From the NCBI RefSeq assembly GCF_000150275.1, contig NW_002060943.1, positions 12,392,568-12,456,567 on the forward strand: a DNA stretch of 64,000 bases. Direction: 5' to 3'. Below, one piece after another: positions 27,061 to 40,965 of this stretch. This DNA is from Trichoplax adhaerens. Its lineage: Eukaryota; Animalia; Placozoa. The notes beneath the pieces are model-generated. The model searched no databases, was not told the origin of the DNA, and saw only the letters and a list, made by a program, of their open reading frames with translations. How positions within the stretch are numbered: position 1 is the stretch's first letter; each line of letters starts with the position of its first letter. The translations under genes and the position numbers were made by a program.

Positions 27061-29682
27061 GTCAATTCAAAATGAGCATTATAGTAGGAAACTAAAGAAT
27101 AGGATTTAAAATTCCAAATTGGATCTCACCGCTGTTGACGTTCTTAATTGCTCTTAGTATGGAATTTTGCATTGCTTAATTTCCTAAGATATAAATATAC
27201 GATGAAACATGATGTAGTTGGCGATTGCATTAAAGCTGATTTTCATAAGGCATGATAAAAAAATTTTCATCTAATTTTATCTACATTTTCGCCCAATCAG
27301 CGCGTAACAGTTATTTATGAAGCAAGTTAATTACGCATGAAATGTATTAATAAGAACGCATCAATAATTTCCAACGCTCAGAATCAGCAATATATGTAAT
27401 CTTGTCTTGAAGGTGGGTTAAATTCATTAAATTGCTTTTGTATCCTTGCATTATAAAATTTCGTGAATAATTTATATTTCAGGCGAATAGTAGTGCCCAG
27501 ACATACTATGTCGGCGTGATTATTTAACTAAACTTAAACCTCAAATTAAAAAGAGCGTTCTAGTGTATTACCGTATATTCGTAAAATTAATCCAATTTTT
27601 TTATTGGTATGCTCGGGATCGATTTATCTAACATTGATTTATATACAGTTGCAATAAGAAATTTAAACTGGAGACTATCGTCCGCGTGCGTAATATTACG
27701 GGATTAAATTTAACATGGATCGTGACTAAAAATGCACTTAGCAAATCAATTTAGGTAGCTCTAGCTGAGTTACTACAGTAATAATAGCCATTTGTACCTA
27801 TTTGTATTTATGGAATCGATCTTGAGGAATGTATCATACAGCATGTTTCAGGCCAGAAGTACAGCACTTAAGCAAGATAAAAGTAAGGCTATTAAAGTCA
27901 TCGATATTAATTAATATTAAATGTATTTATAATTGTAATAATTATTCGAAAAGTATTGATATAGTTAGCTCAGTTTCGTCAATACTTCAGCTCATGCTTT
28001 TCAAAGATGACAGACCTGAATTAAATCTCCACTACCTTAGGCCCTGCTAGATAAATCAGTTTTTAATTTAGACATAGTATCAGGTGCGAAGTGTCTTTGT
28101 CATGATATATACTTCTCTGCAGCAGAAATAGTAAGTTCATACACACAAATAGTAGTAAAGGAATTGGAAAAATACATGGTAAGCACAGAAATTCTGATAG
28201 TATAAGACAGTAATACTTCTACTTTAAATGTATCGGCTAGAAAAGATATTATAGAGATATTAACTAAGAGCAAGCATTATACAATATGTTAGCATAGAAA
28301 GATAGGAATGGAGCACCTTGATCCAAAGTGGTATTAATTGAGATAACAGAATAAGCAGTCTGTAGATGTATCATCAAAACGTAAAAACAGTTACTGTCGT
28401 AACCCAAATCGATTTCACTTAGTCTGGAGTAGTTATTAATTATGATGGAATTTAAATTAATTGATTAATTAAAATTAAATATATAGAAAAATAATTAAAT
28501 GTGTTCGGAAACAAATAGCTTTTCAAGTTCAAGTACGCAGTATGTAGGTGATCTGATTTGCACAGGGTTGAATTGAAGTCCTAAAAATTTCTCCTATACT
28601 ACGAATTGAAATAAATGCCATCATATGATCATCAATTTATTATGCGGCATGCAGACATGTAATTGGATAAGGGATTTTTAATAGCCGTATGACCATCTTG
28701 AATGTATAGAAAAATATTAATTACTCGGAATCAGTTATATCTCTTTATGTACGACATTATGGAGCAAAAGAGATCAAATTATAGTAATGTCGTTATTTAA
28801 ATGGATCCCTAAATCGTCGAATATAATTTAATTATTGGCGAAATGAATTTTATCTGAAGTATATTAAAAGAGTACCTGCGTCTTGACTATTTAGATATAG
28901 CTATTCATCTTAAATCTTGTTCTATAAGCTGTATGAATCACATTTGTCAATAGCAGATTGAATTATAGCTTTATGCTCCTCAAAATCAATACAAATCATC
29001 ATCTCACTTTATTTTATTATGCTCTGTGTGGGCGAAATAATTTATTGAGAGATTGGATGTAGGCTATACAAATATATTACATGTGTCGAAGATAATCAAT
29101 CATAAAATTCTGAATTCATTATGCGCTATGTGGGCAAACTAATTTAATGATCGACTAAAGCCGCACAAGTAAATAGGAGGTGGCATAATAACGTAGGACT
29201 ATCTAAGGCAGGAATACCCGTCAAAGTTGAATCCATTACAAATAGTATGTGTTCTATATTATGGAGCAAATAGTTCGGGGAATATCAAGATTTATCTTAA
29301 AAATTGGCGAGTAGTGGTAGGAATAAATAAATTCATCTTGATAAGCATAGTATAGAAAGCATAGATATAGTATGAGATTATTGAATGGTGTAGTTGTGTC
29401 TAAAATTTGTAGAAATATTAAAAAAATCAGATCTGTTTTTTATCAAGCAGAACGTGGGAGGAGATTTGATCAGAGATTATATAAAATACTAGTAGAAGTT
29501 ATTCGCAATAAATTTCATACTTGTTTATAAACCATATAGCTCAAACCGTAACCAAAGCTTAATTTTAATGAAGCGTACTACTACTGAATATCATAACAAT
29601 TATCTAACAATCTCCAAGTAATTGTCAATGCTACACCTTGTCATACAAAAATGTGCATCATCTGGAACTATTGTAGAGCGTA

Positions 29683-30280
29683 GGCGAAGAAAATCCACAT
29701 TAGATTAATTTTTACTATTACTTTAATAAAAGTAGAGAATCACTATCGATGGGCTTGAAAATTATACCATCTAACTCATGCATCAAAACGAGTTATCAAA
29801 TACTATTAGCTTGCATACTAGCGTAATACAATAATGCCAAAAACAAGAAGTCACTAATAAGATATCGCTCATGATCGAGTTGATGGCTTCTAACAAGCTC
29901 AAACAATTCTGTATTGATACTGAAAATGAATAAATACACCGTGGTTGCCAGGTGAGAGAGTAACATCGTGATCATTACATGGCGAAGAAAATCTTCATGA
30001 TCTGATTAATTTTTCACTATTATTTTAATAATAGCAGACAATCAGTATCGATGGGTTTGAAAAAGTATTCCATTCGACTCAACCACCAAAATGAATTGCA
30101 CAATAATATTAACTAAAATATATCCGTAGAATGGATGGAATAAAGTAAAAGCAATAAATTAGACATGAAATATTAGTCATAAACGAGTTGATGGCCTGTT
30201 ATGTGATCGAACTATTCTACATTGATGCTGAAAATGGTTAGCGCATAGTGATTGCAATACGAGAGAGTAGCATCTTAATC
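29683..30280. repeat. Tandem duplication, period 298 bp
   Basis: GGCGAAGAAAATC at 29683 and 29981, followed colinearly by GATTAATTTTT, ATCGATGGG(C/T)TTGAAA, CGAGTTGATGGC, ATTGAT(A/G)CTGAAAATG and GAGAGAGTA. Confidence 0.88.
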
Positions 30281-33200
30281 AGTATATATTGTTCGAAAGA
30301 AAAATAGTGGTGATTAATTGTTCTTGCTGATTGAATAGACAATGAATTAAACCTGAAAATAGACAGGCGATATTGTATAATTGGATGTTAATTAAATGTA
30401 AACATCTTCAACAATAATCTGATCTTTACTTTATGGACATCATCAGTGTAGCTCCTATATCGCAGATCATCACTTGATTCTATTCATCTCATCGCAAGAG
30501 TTACTTTTACAAGAGATCATGTCTTGACCTAGGCTGTAGTATCTACAATCGATCATGACGTCAATCTATTAACATAGATTAGTTCTTACCTAGTTGATGA
30601 TGATATTCTTCGTTACAATATTGAAAAAATAGACTGCAATTATTCTGCACGGACATTAAAAGATGTCAGTCTATCTGCGTTAAAGAGTTATAAACATGTC
30701 CATCAAGATAATATTCTAATAAATTGTCTGATGATGGCGACAATAATTTTCATGTTGATAATCATCTTACATCGATTGAATCTAAATCGACATCCTTCGT
30801 TTAGCACAATCAATGTCATCTTTCAACATAATGCTAATCAATAGCGGGTTCGATACGCCATGATAGACTCACAGGAAATGGTCGATTGCTTGAAATAGCT
30901 AATTCGATACAGGGCAAATACAGTTTACTGTTAAATTTAAGTTCCATTAAATCGACAACAATTCATTTCCTGAGCCAATCTGGTTGATTCTTTCTCGCAT
31001 TTTAAGATGAGAAAGAATAGAATAGGATACTGGAATTAGAATGGATAAATCGAGTAGACGATAAAAAATACTTCTTTAAACAAGGAAATATCCATCATTG
31101 CTGATTTACGACAGATCAGACTTTGTCCATTTTTTGGAAATTACACTGAATGCAATCAGTCAGGTGCAGAAAGTAATAGAATCAAGCCTAAGAATAGGAA
31201 ATCTCTGATTGCTTAGGCTAGGAACTAATTCTGCGTAAAATAAACACCGTCTTCTAATAAATGCAATCATGTGGAATCAGCTATTTATTCTTGAGCAATC
31301 TTACTGATTGCTTTCGTAAATTTTGATGTAAACGTGCGCGAGGTAAGAGTTGAAAATTGAATGGAAGGAATAAAGTGATATGCAATAAAGATGAAACTGG
31401 ACTGAGTTAGTAAGGACAATATTGACCTTTTCTTCTCCAAACAGTTTAATTTAAAATTCGACATGATCAGTATTGCAATCATAATAAAAATCCAACCAAG
31501 CGAAATTATTAAAATTGAAGATAGAAATAATTAGCCTGTAACGCTTAGATTCAATTAATAAGTAAGATAATAATAATTATTGGATATGAGAAATTTATAA
31601 ATAGGAATCGAAACCGGGACTACGTTAGACGTGATACATCAAGGTGGAATAAAGTTGATTTAGAAAAGAGGATGCTGATCGTTTCTCTTTTCTTATGATG
31701 GTTCATTAACTTAGAATTTGATACGATGGTACTACAACCGTAACAAAATAAAATCAATATTAAATTAATTTGAAATTATTCTTAATTATATAAAAACACA
31801 TTGATGGCTATTCAAGCTATATTATGCTTAGATTTTCTGTAAAATATGCTAGAACCTGTAATCAAAAGTAAGGTTAAAGTTCAGCCATCTAAACCTCTTG
31901 CGTGGTATCAACTTGGAAATTTGACAGCTAGTTTCAAAAGACCTACAATAATTATTTAAGCTTTTAGGAAGTAATTATTTAACAGGAGGGATGATTAGTA
32001 GCAGATTGAAGTTATCATAGACAAAATTTAAAAAAATAAAACTGCAAGATCAATTAATGCAAGACATGAAATTAAAAATAGAGAAGGCAAGTATAATAAT
32101 CTCTCATATACAAATATGAATAATTATTGTACCATTTGTAGATTGGATGAAGGATATTCATTACTACAAATGATCATTAAATTGCATAGAAACTAATGAA
32201 TCATTTTTGAGGCTATCTTGACTTTCAGCTACGGATAACAATGTCATAGACGGAATGAATGAATTTCAATTACCCTATTCTATGTAACTCTTGCGATGAG
32301 ATTCCAGAAACTTTAGAATCACTTTTTGGATATAGTTCTCCTACCCGCGTTATAATAGTGAAAGGAGGTAGAATCCAATATCCATTTCCAATAGAATTAT
32401 TTCCCTTAATTTCAGGTTGTAAAATAATGTGTGATAACTTGAGCGAGCTGTGATCTTGCCTGCCAGCCTACTACAGGAAGAAATTTTCGATTACTATTAT
32501 GCTCAATGTTGATCAGTACCTGCTGAATTGAATGGCCATAATTATTTTCATTTCTGACATCATGGGTTGCGATTACAGATAGATCAAGATTAATTTTTAA
32601 CATGCAAATGGGGAGCCCAGATGGTAAACACTCTAGTTATTTGCTAATGTTTCTATAAATGCGATAAATTATCATGTAGAAGGTAGGATTGTAACAAGAG
32701 ATCTATCTTTTAGGTTAAGAAAGCATTTAGGTCTCTTGGGGGAGGGGATTAATTTGAAGCTAGTTTGTATATCTACATATCTACTTTAAATACGGGGAGA
32801 GAATAAAGATATTACGGAATTGATCAGGTAAGATGCAACCATTCTCATCTATGGATGAATAGAAGCAATGCGATAGAAACTTGTTAATATTGATTTTAAG
32901 CTTAATAAGCTTAAAAAATTGAATGAATAATCTAACATTCCATGAACAACTCGATAAAAAATGGAATTTATTTATTATTTATTTCGTAGTATAGGCATTA
33001 TTGATTGAGTAAGTAAAAAATTGAGACATTCGTCCTTTAGAGCTTTTTATTGCCGCTTAATTGTATAACAACTAATTTATTTGAATAAAGTTCATTGCTA
33101 TACGGTCTAGACTAGGAACATCTAGAATTAACTCTCTCTCTCCTTAAGAGTTGGAGAAAGTATCTGATTGCTTTAACAACGGACTCAATCATGCTTAGAA

Positions 33201-34699
33201 ATTTTTTTGTTATCATTTTTACGGGAATTATACTTTATAATTTTATACTATTTTTATGGGAATGACAACGTATATTAGTGAGCCTAATGATGCAAATTTC
33301 GATAAAACTGTCCTTTAAACTGTCGTTTTGATTAAAAATAGAAAATATGAGCCGTAAATTAAAATCAACAACCTAATAAATGCCTCAAGGTATCTTTCTA
33401 TCCAACGTATATGAATAAGTCTGGTGTTGGAAAGTGTTCGTCTTGTAAGCATTTAACAATCTTCTGGCTCGGTTAGAAATAGAATTAGCATTGATGTTAA
33501 ACGATAATCGTCGATGTTTATTACGGCGGTGTTAGCTTAAGTTACGAAAGGGGAATGGTATCCATGATTAATTAACACAAGTGTGATCAAACTTAAATAA
33601 AATATCAATCCATTTTAAGTGTGAACCAACAGGATGCAAGATGGATTTGAAACCAATACTCCCATCAGTTAACAATCGTATTGATTATTCTTGATTGATG
33701 AAGATTACTTATTCAGCATGAAAAAATCTGCCTGTTTAAACCTTGAATTGTTCTCTTCTCTCATCATAATGATGCATAACAGAATAATAATAAAAATTTA
33801 TTTTCTATTCAAGACCTCAGTCGATCATGAATAAAACAATAATATCACCATAAAGAATAGTTTAAATAGATTTGACAAATAGAGAGTTGGCACTGATTAG
33901 AGAGTAAACTGCAATGGGAGTAATGGAAGCCGTATTGCTCCTGCTTATACCTGTATATTATTATAGTAGAAGGGCAAAGAAGAAGATGAAAACCCCCTCT
34001 AACCTTCTAATTATATTGTCTCATTTTTCTTTCCTTAATTTGAAAATATTGTTGTTTAATTAAATCAATTCTTTGAAATGGTTGACTAGGCCAGATTCTT
34101 CAGTTAAATTAATGATGATGAAGAATGAGACAGTCTTTACTAGGGTCAAAAATGATGCTCTTTAAACGAGGATTAAGTCTGTTTACAGTCTGTAAATTGA
34201 AATGGCTATTGATGTTGTTAAGGGGCTGCCATCTGTAGCCATTTTCAACTTGACAATATTGTGTATTCTCATGGTGATATTGTTTTTGTTACTATCAGTT
34301 TTATTTTAAAAGCAAATTATCTCGTCACCTTGTCGATTACCGTATACAAAATTTACTTCATTAGGTTGTCAACGTAATTCGGCTGATATGTTATCATTCC
34401 TACGCTTATGATAAATGTTGATCGATGCAATCTGTTGTCAATAATGGTTTCTTTAAATTATTATTGAAAAACGCAATTATTGATGGTGGTACTTTTCCTT
34501 CTCCTAAACGAGTTTTATTTACCGTAATATCCATATTTCAACGCTGAGACTACTGCCAATATTATTGCCATAACAGGAATATGAAGTTAATTTTTATTAT
34601 TTCGATTTTAATTTATGGTATCCGAACTAAATAGCTACTATTGCAACGAACGATTATATTCTTCAAAGTGTTAACATTAATAAGTCTGCAGTACATTTG

Positions 34700-35480
34700 A
34701 TCTTTTTGTCAACAATTTGATCATCAACTATACAATGCGCTATGTGGATCGATGATGTTTGACAATGCTTCTTAAGCCTCGCTTCTCGTTGAGGATTACT
34801 TCAAGGCATTTTACTCTATCTATGCACATTTTAACCTACTACATCTTGATCAAATAGCTACACTTGTAGTGCATACTTGTGCCACAATTTATGGATCTAC
34901 ACTAAAATTAATTTTTGTCGACAACATTGGATGATCTACGTATTTACTCTTGTCACGTAAGAGTATTTTTCACAAAAATCGTCATCGATTCATCTAATGT
35001 CTATTTAATTTTTATCGCTAATATTGGATTAAATGAACATCTAAGAAATATCCATTCTTGGCAATGTATCATCATCGAGTGCAAAGACTCGATATCAATC
35101 ATTGATCTTCACTAGATTTAATTTTTTGTCCACAATATTAGATAAACTATCTACTCTAGAAAAGCAGGATTCTGTTTAAGCCATGATTCGATCTTGATGC
35201 TGATCAACACTAGAACTGATTTTTTGTCGACAAGATTAGATGAGATTTCTAGATGAAGTTAATGTCCTGCTGAATTAGTCACTCTTGTAATGCATCCTTA
35301 TCTTTGCCACGATTCTATATTTAGTGAATTAAACTAGATTCGATTTGTTAGCGAAAAACCTTGGATGAAATATCTTAATGAACTCTTGCAATGCATAATG
35401 ATCTGGTCCAATAATTCGATTTCATTCGATCCACATGAGATCGGTCTTGTTGTCAATAACATTTAGAGTCACTTGACAAT
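34700..35480. repeat. Degenerate minisatellite-like array
   Basis: TTTTGTC(G/A/C)ACAA...(T)TA/GGATGA motif at ~34704, 34913, 35123, 35222, ~35345 and ~35447, plus recurring CTTG(T/C)A(A/G)TGCAT. Confidence 0.65.
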
Positions 35481-36316
35481 ACGATTATATTGCTGTTGAA
35501 AACGGGCAGCAATTTTTCTTATTCATGATACCTTGCTTTATTCTACTATCAACTGTACAATTCCAATATCTATTATGGGCTGATAGATAACGTAATTGCA
35601 GCTTTATTCTTCCTCGTGTATAAACGGATTAAATCTTGATAAAATATCCACTTTGCTAGTGCAAAAATTATTTCAAGACAATTCATTCTTGATTTCATTT
35701 AATGGACGTTATTCTCATTTAGACTTTACAATCTTTTGATGACATAGATTGCGATTAATAATTTAACTTTATTTTTGATGGAAAAGATTGTTTAATTGAT
35801 CAACATATCATACTGTCGATTTATCAATTCATTTATTGTATCCTTAATGATGGGAAATCTCTACTATTTCCTCCAGTTAATGAATTGCATCTTTTGTCTG
35901 TTTGTTGACTTATTCTGCTGTTATTATTTTAACCCACATCTACTTGATGACTTATTATACCTCCTGTTGTTCATCAAACAATTGTATCTAGATTGTCTAC
36001 CACTTGATGACTTCATAATTCTTATTATCATGCTGAACAAGAGGGCTGGCCATTTGAAAAAACAGGATTAACTTAAAAGTAGCATTATACTGGTCAAGAA
36101 AATCCACGTCAATAACAAGCTCCAATCAGATAATTACACTCTGCTAATTTCTTCTACATTTAATCATAACCAAACAAGTGGTGAGCCATTGTTGAAAGTC
36201 GATCGAGCAGTACTGATCGACTTTGCTTGGATATTGCTTAGCCAGTAAATTGATTGCCATTCCTTGGAATCAAGCAAGACGAAAAAGTCAAGGTGAGCAT
36301 GATAATATGGAAAAAG

Positions 36317-36785
36317 AGGTAGACAAGTAGTTTGTTCCCATTACAGTATTACTTCATTCCATCCACTTGATTTTACTTCAAAATGTATTTTCATTTTCCG
36401 TTAATGAAAGAGTGATTTTATCTTATTGATGACATATTTTAATTTAGTTTACAAGCTGAGTTTCCACTCTAGCATAGCTTGAAAATACTTTCTGCAGATG
36501 GGATCTGTGCAGAGCTAATGAATAGATGTTTCTTTTATTAGATTAATCATGAGAAATAGGTAGACAAGTAATTTGTCCGCATCACGGCGTTCTCTTATTC
36601 CATTCATCTGATTTCACGTAGAAGCGCATTTTTATTTTCCGTTAAGCAATGATTTCATCTGATCTAGTCGTTTGATAATTACAGGTTTTCCACTTTCTAC
36701 TAGTTAACAGTCATATATTTCAGCCCAGCATAGCCTGAAAACTCTTCTGCAGACGAAATCTATGCTGAACTAATAGATAGATAAT
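36317..36785. repeat. Tandem duplication, period ~241 bp
   Basis: AGGTAGACAAGTA at 36317 and 36558; both are followed by ATTCCAT, ATTTTCCGTTAA, TTTCCACT, AGCATAGC.TGAAAA and TTCTGCAGA. Confidence 0.85.
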
Positions 36786-37363
36786 TCTAGCAAGTTTTCT
36801 TTTCAATCCATTTGCAATCGATTGCAAATGGCTCAGCTTGTAAATAGAGTAGGATATCGTCGACAAGTGATTCTTATTTTTAAATTATGCTGGATTTAGA
36901 GTGAGAGTGAAATAATCGCATCTATCTAATCTGTTTCATGTCTGCTACTAAATCGCCAATGGGATTTTACGCTCTATCTTTTTCCTAATCATTGATCAGC
37001 AGTTACCGTATCCAATGTCGTCTATGCTAGGCGAACAAAGTAGTAGCTAAAATAGAAGATGGGCAGTCTTTCTTAAATCAGTAGTAAAACGGCAAGACGT
37101 AAAGAGAGAAAATGGATCTACGTTCATTTTTTTAACCTTCTGCACTGGTTTCCAAGTGATTGTAAACTTTGTCCTTAAGAGTGGAATCAATAAAATTGTT
37201 TGCATGCTTTCCATCTTCCAATGAGAAGTGCCATCTTTTAAAGAAAGGCGAGAAAATGCAAGTTTAAAGCAAGTTTAGCTTTGTAGACGAGTCATCGATG
37301 ATCTCGTTCATCGATTGAACATAGGCATTCTTTCTTCCAGTCTGGATTGTTGTAAAATAAAGA

Positions 37364-37590
37364 AAGACGAAATGGATCTTATTTTGACATCCAAGTTAAA
37401 ATTAATTCTAGTTTAATACAGGAATAATCAATGATCTCACTCATGAAAAGAACGAGACATGCTTTCCTTCTTCTAGTAAGATTTACCATATCCTAAAGGA
37501 AGACGAAACTGATCTTATTCAACTAAAATGCTTCAATTTTAATTTAATATGAGGAGTGATCAGTAAGCTCGCTCATGAAAAGAACGGCAT
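37364..37590. repeat. Tandem duplication, period ~136 bp
   Basis: AAGACGAAA..GATCTTATT...CTCATGAAAAGAACG at 37364 and 37500. Confidence 0.8.
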
Positions 37591-40500
37591 TACTTTAGTT
37601 AAATCGTTTAAAAATGCAAGAACTTCAAATATTAAAGATTTAACCGGGGTATCATTATCTTTTGAAATTAATCTCCAAAAGTTTTCTTTCAGATATCTCG
37701 TCCACATCTTATAGTCGTTATGTCTTAATTACTGTCATTAAATCATCAATGATATCATTAATCAATCAAGCTAATTACAACGACACCGGTGATCTAATAT
37801 TAATATTTTCCAATTTTTTTTGCCATTTACCCAATCTTTTCCTATTTCATATAAGATTCTATCGACTGTGGCAAGAACCAATTAAGGCTATGAAAAATTT
37901 TTCTTTAATTACATTTTATTTGCTATCGTCATCGTATTTATAATAGGGGAATAACATTATGTAATTATTTTGTCTTCATCAAAGTCGGTAGTCCTATATA
38001 TAGCTGCCTGGAGTAAAATCGATTTGCTGTCTATCAGAGAATAAACCTATACATTAGCCGACGAAAGTCGATAATGTTTCTTCATGGATCTGAATTTTGT
38101 TGATGACAGTGTATAGCAATAAGAGGATATCGATATTATGAAGTAGATCATATATACCAACTAAGTTACTGTATTTTTAGCATCGTGCTTAAACAATAAT
38201 CCGAAACTAGTCAACTAGTTTACGCGATCATTAAATATCCACTTACTTCAACAGAAGTTACACAATTTCGTTCGAGTATTCACTAATACCGGTGTGGAAG
38301 ATTAATTTAGAAGTACTGCCGTTGGACTGGTAATGATTGGGATTAGATATTTAGTTGTCTTAGTAGACGTAGCTAGATCTTCAATTTCGCTAGTATGTCT
38401 GCTCATATCACGGCAAAATATGGAGAAGAAATAATATAGGGGTAGTGCATGTCATTTAATGTCCAGTTACTGTAGTAGATGATGCTCAATTTTACTAGCA
38501 AATTACCCAATGTCTTTGTAAAATAGCGACCTGAATGTCGGTAATTTCGTTCTCATTGAATAAGCGATGCAGCCCTTAAGATTGGTAAACCTTAAACTAG
38601 CAATTCAGTTAGGATGTTCTCCAATAGTATGATAAAACATAGATCTAGGAGTAGTTGAATAGCTATTTGTTGGCATAAGATATCCAATCAAGCATAGCAG
38701 GAGGTGCTACATCATAAATTGAGTTAGTTTGCCTGTTTAAGATCATCACAGGATTTTAATCAGTCTAATGCTAATAAAGTTTGCATTTTCTGCTTTAATC
38801 TGCTCTCCTTGACGATCAATTTTCCTTATGCGCTCGGTTAAGAGGATTGTTTAGAATGAAATCGGTCAACAGCAGTTGAATATCCTCTATCAACCAGTCT
38901 GTTAATGAGCTCTTGTTGTTGGCCATCGCAGACATTAGAGTTTATATTAATCTTCCTCAACAATCGCATCGCTGCCTTTCCAATTAATTATATAATTATT
39001 GGAATGTTTATTTCGCTCTATACGCGTACGAAGGCAATATTATACTCAATACTTTACATAATTTTCCTTTCCTTACGACTTCGTAGCGGCATCTTTGGTC
39101 TATAAAAAGGGACAATCATTACGTATTTATTCTTCTGTTTTCATCAGCAAATCGATGCGGAAGAGTAGATTAGTGCTATTTTAAAACTTTTTAAAACAGG
39201 GTAAAACAATTAGCTAATATATCTTTATTATCTTACGATATTCTACGTCATATTTTTAATTATATCCCTTCCCTTACAACTACATTACAGCGTTTCATAA
39301 TGCATAAAATAGGATACGCAGTCGTTGCTTACTCCTCAATTTTTATCAGAAATACGTTACGGAAGTAATAGATTAGCACTGATGCAAACTTTATGAATCC
39401 GATAAAATAATCAAATAACATTGTTTTAATTGTCTCAGCGATCAATGAAGAAAGTAAAGGTCTAAGCTATTAATTTAATCGTTTAGAACTACTCCGATAT
39501 TGCATATACTGTATATATTAATTTGTTTTCGATATCTACCTATCCAATCACATCTTATCAAAGTTATCACTTGCTGTAATGTTAGATGGAGTAATATCGC
39601 GTTATGCTGTAATTGATTTCGCAAACAACACTAATAAGAACTATCCTGACAAAGTATATTTACTCCTGGTTGGGTTATTAGATGGCCAAAGCATTGTTCT
39701 TCATCAAAGACCCTTTGATGAAGAATATTCTTACCAATCATCAGCTATTTAAAATTTTGGCCTTGATTGTTTCAGTAGGATGCTGTTGCCTTCATGTTGT
39801 TGATAAGGAAGTAGTTCATTATTAGATTGCAAAACATGGACATTTCCTATAGGAGTTGCAGTGAGTCTATATCGTTCTGACATTTGAGGTCAATGGAATT
39901 GGATAGAGAACTGTTATAAAAACCTTGTTGTTATTAGTTAATTAACTTTCGTAGTTGATGCGATAGCTGATGGTGGCCGCATGCTGTTTAAGGATGATAG
40001 AAACAATATGATGAATGTTTAAGATATGACGATGATGATCTATTGCAGACCTTATTTCGCGATAGATTAATTATCGTAGTCATTTATGAATTTATTCTGG
40101 TTGTCGTCATCAACAGCTTGTATAGGAGAATAGTAGCAACATAAACATACGCCCTGCCGTTCGATATAACTTCTTCAGTCTCATATTAAATTATCCCAGA
40201 TATCAATCATAATTGCCCATATCTTACAGTGCAGCTTGATACATTATAGTCACAGTATTCTGACTGACATTATGCTTAAAATTATAGCTGCGATTTCGTC
40301 GATATTTACAGCAAATTTTTACACTTTTAATGACTAAATTGCATCAAGGTTGTCTACTATCTTTATCTCTGTCAATCATTAATTTTGATTCTGTTGATAA
40401 AAATCAAATTACAATAATAGTGAATAATTGTAAAATCCGCCAAAATAATGGTTCTCAGAGAATTAAAATTTCGACTTCGGCCCCCACCAACTATCTATCT

Positions 40501-40702
40501 ATTGCCACGGTCCTTTCCTGTATCCAGGTTAAGCGATGGCATCTTCGATTATCTTATTAGTTTAAGTCATATACTTTTAGCTTTTCTTGAGCTGCTATTT
40601 TATCCTATCTCTAATAATATATTTCATTAACTTATCAATATAATCGTTGTGATAGTACTTCATTTAGCTTTTATTTTAATTTCTTTGTCAGCAATTGAAA
40701 TT

Positions 40703-40965
40703 ACTATTATATGTCATACCGCCGTACTACAATTAAAATAGATACTAAAGAACGAAATATCTGATCAATATTATCGTCTTGATAAGGCTTAATTTGCCTG
40801 AATTCGATTCACAATAGGGAATTTGAATGACTACCATATATTATACTATCGTACTACAATTGAAATAGATACTAAATGGAAACTGAATAATAAAATAGCT
40901 GAACAGTATTATCATTGTGATAAGGCTTAATTTAGCCTAAATGAGATTAATGATAGGGAATTAGG
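40703..40965. repeat. Tandem duplication, period ~127 bp
   Basis: CGTACTACAATT(A/G)AAATAGATACTAAA...TGATAAGGCTTAATTT...ATAGGGAATT, with anchors at 40724 and 40851. Confidence 0.85.
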
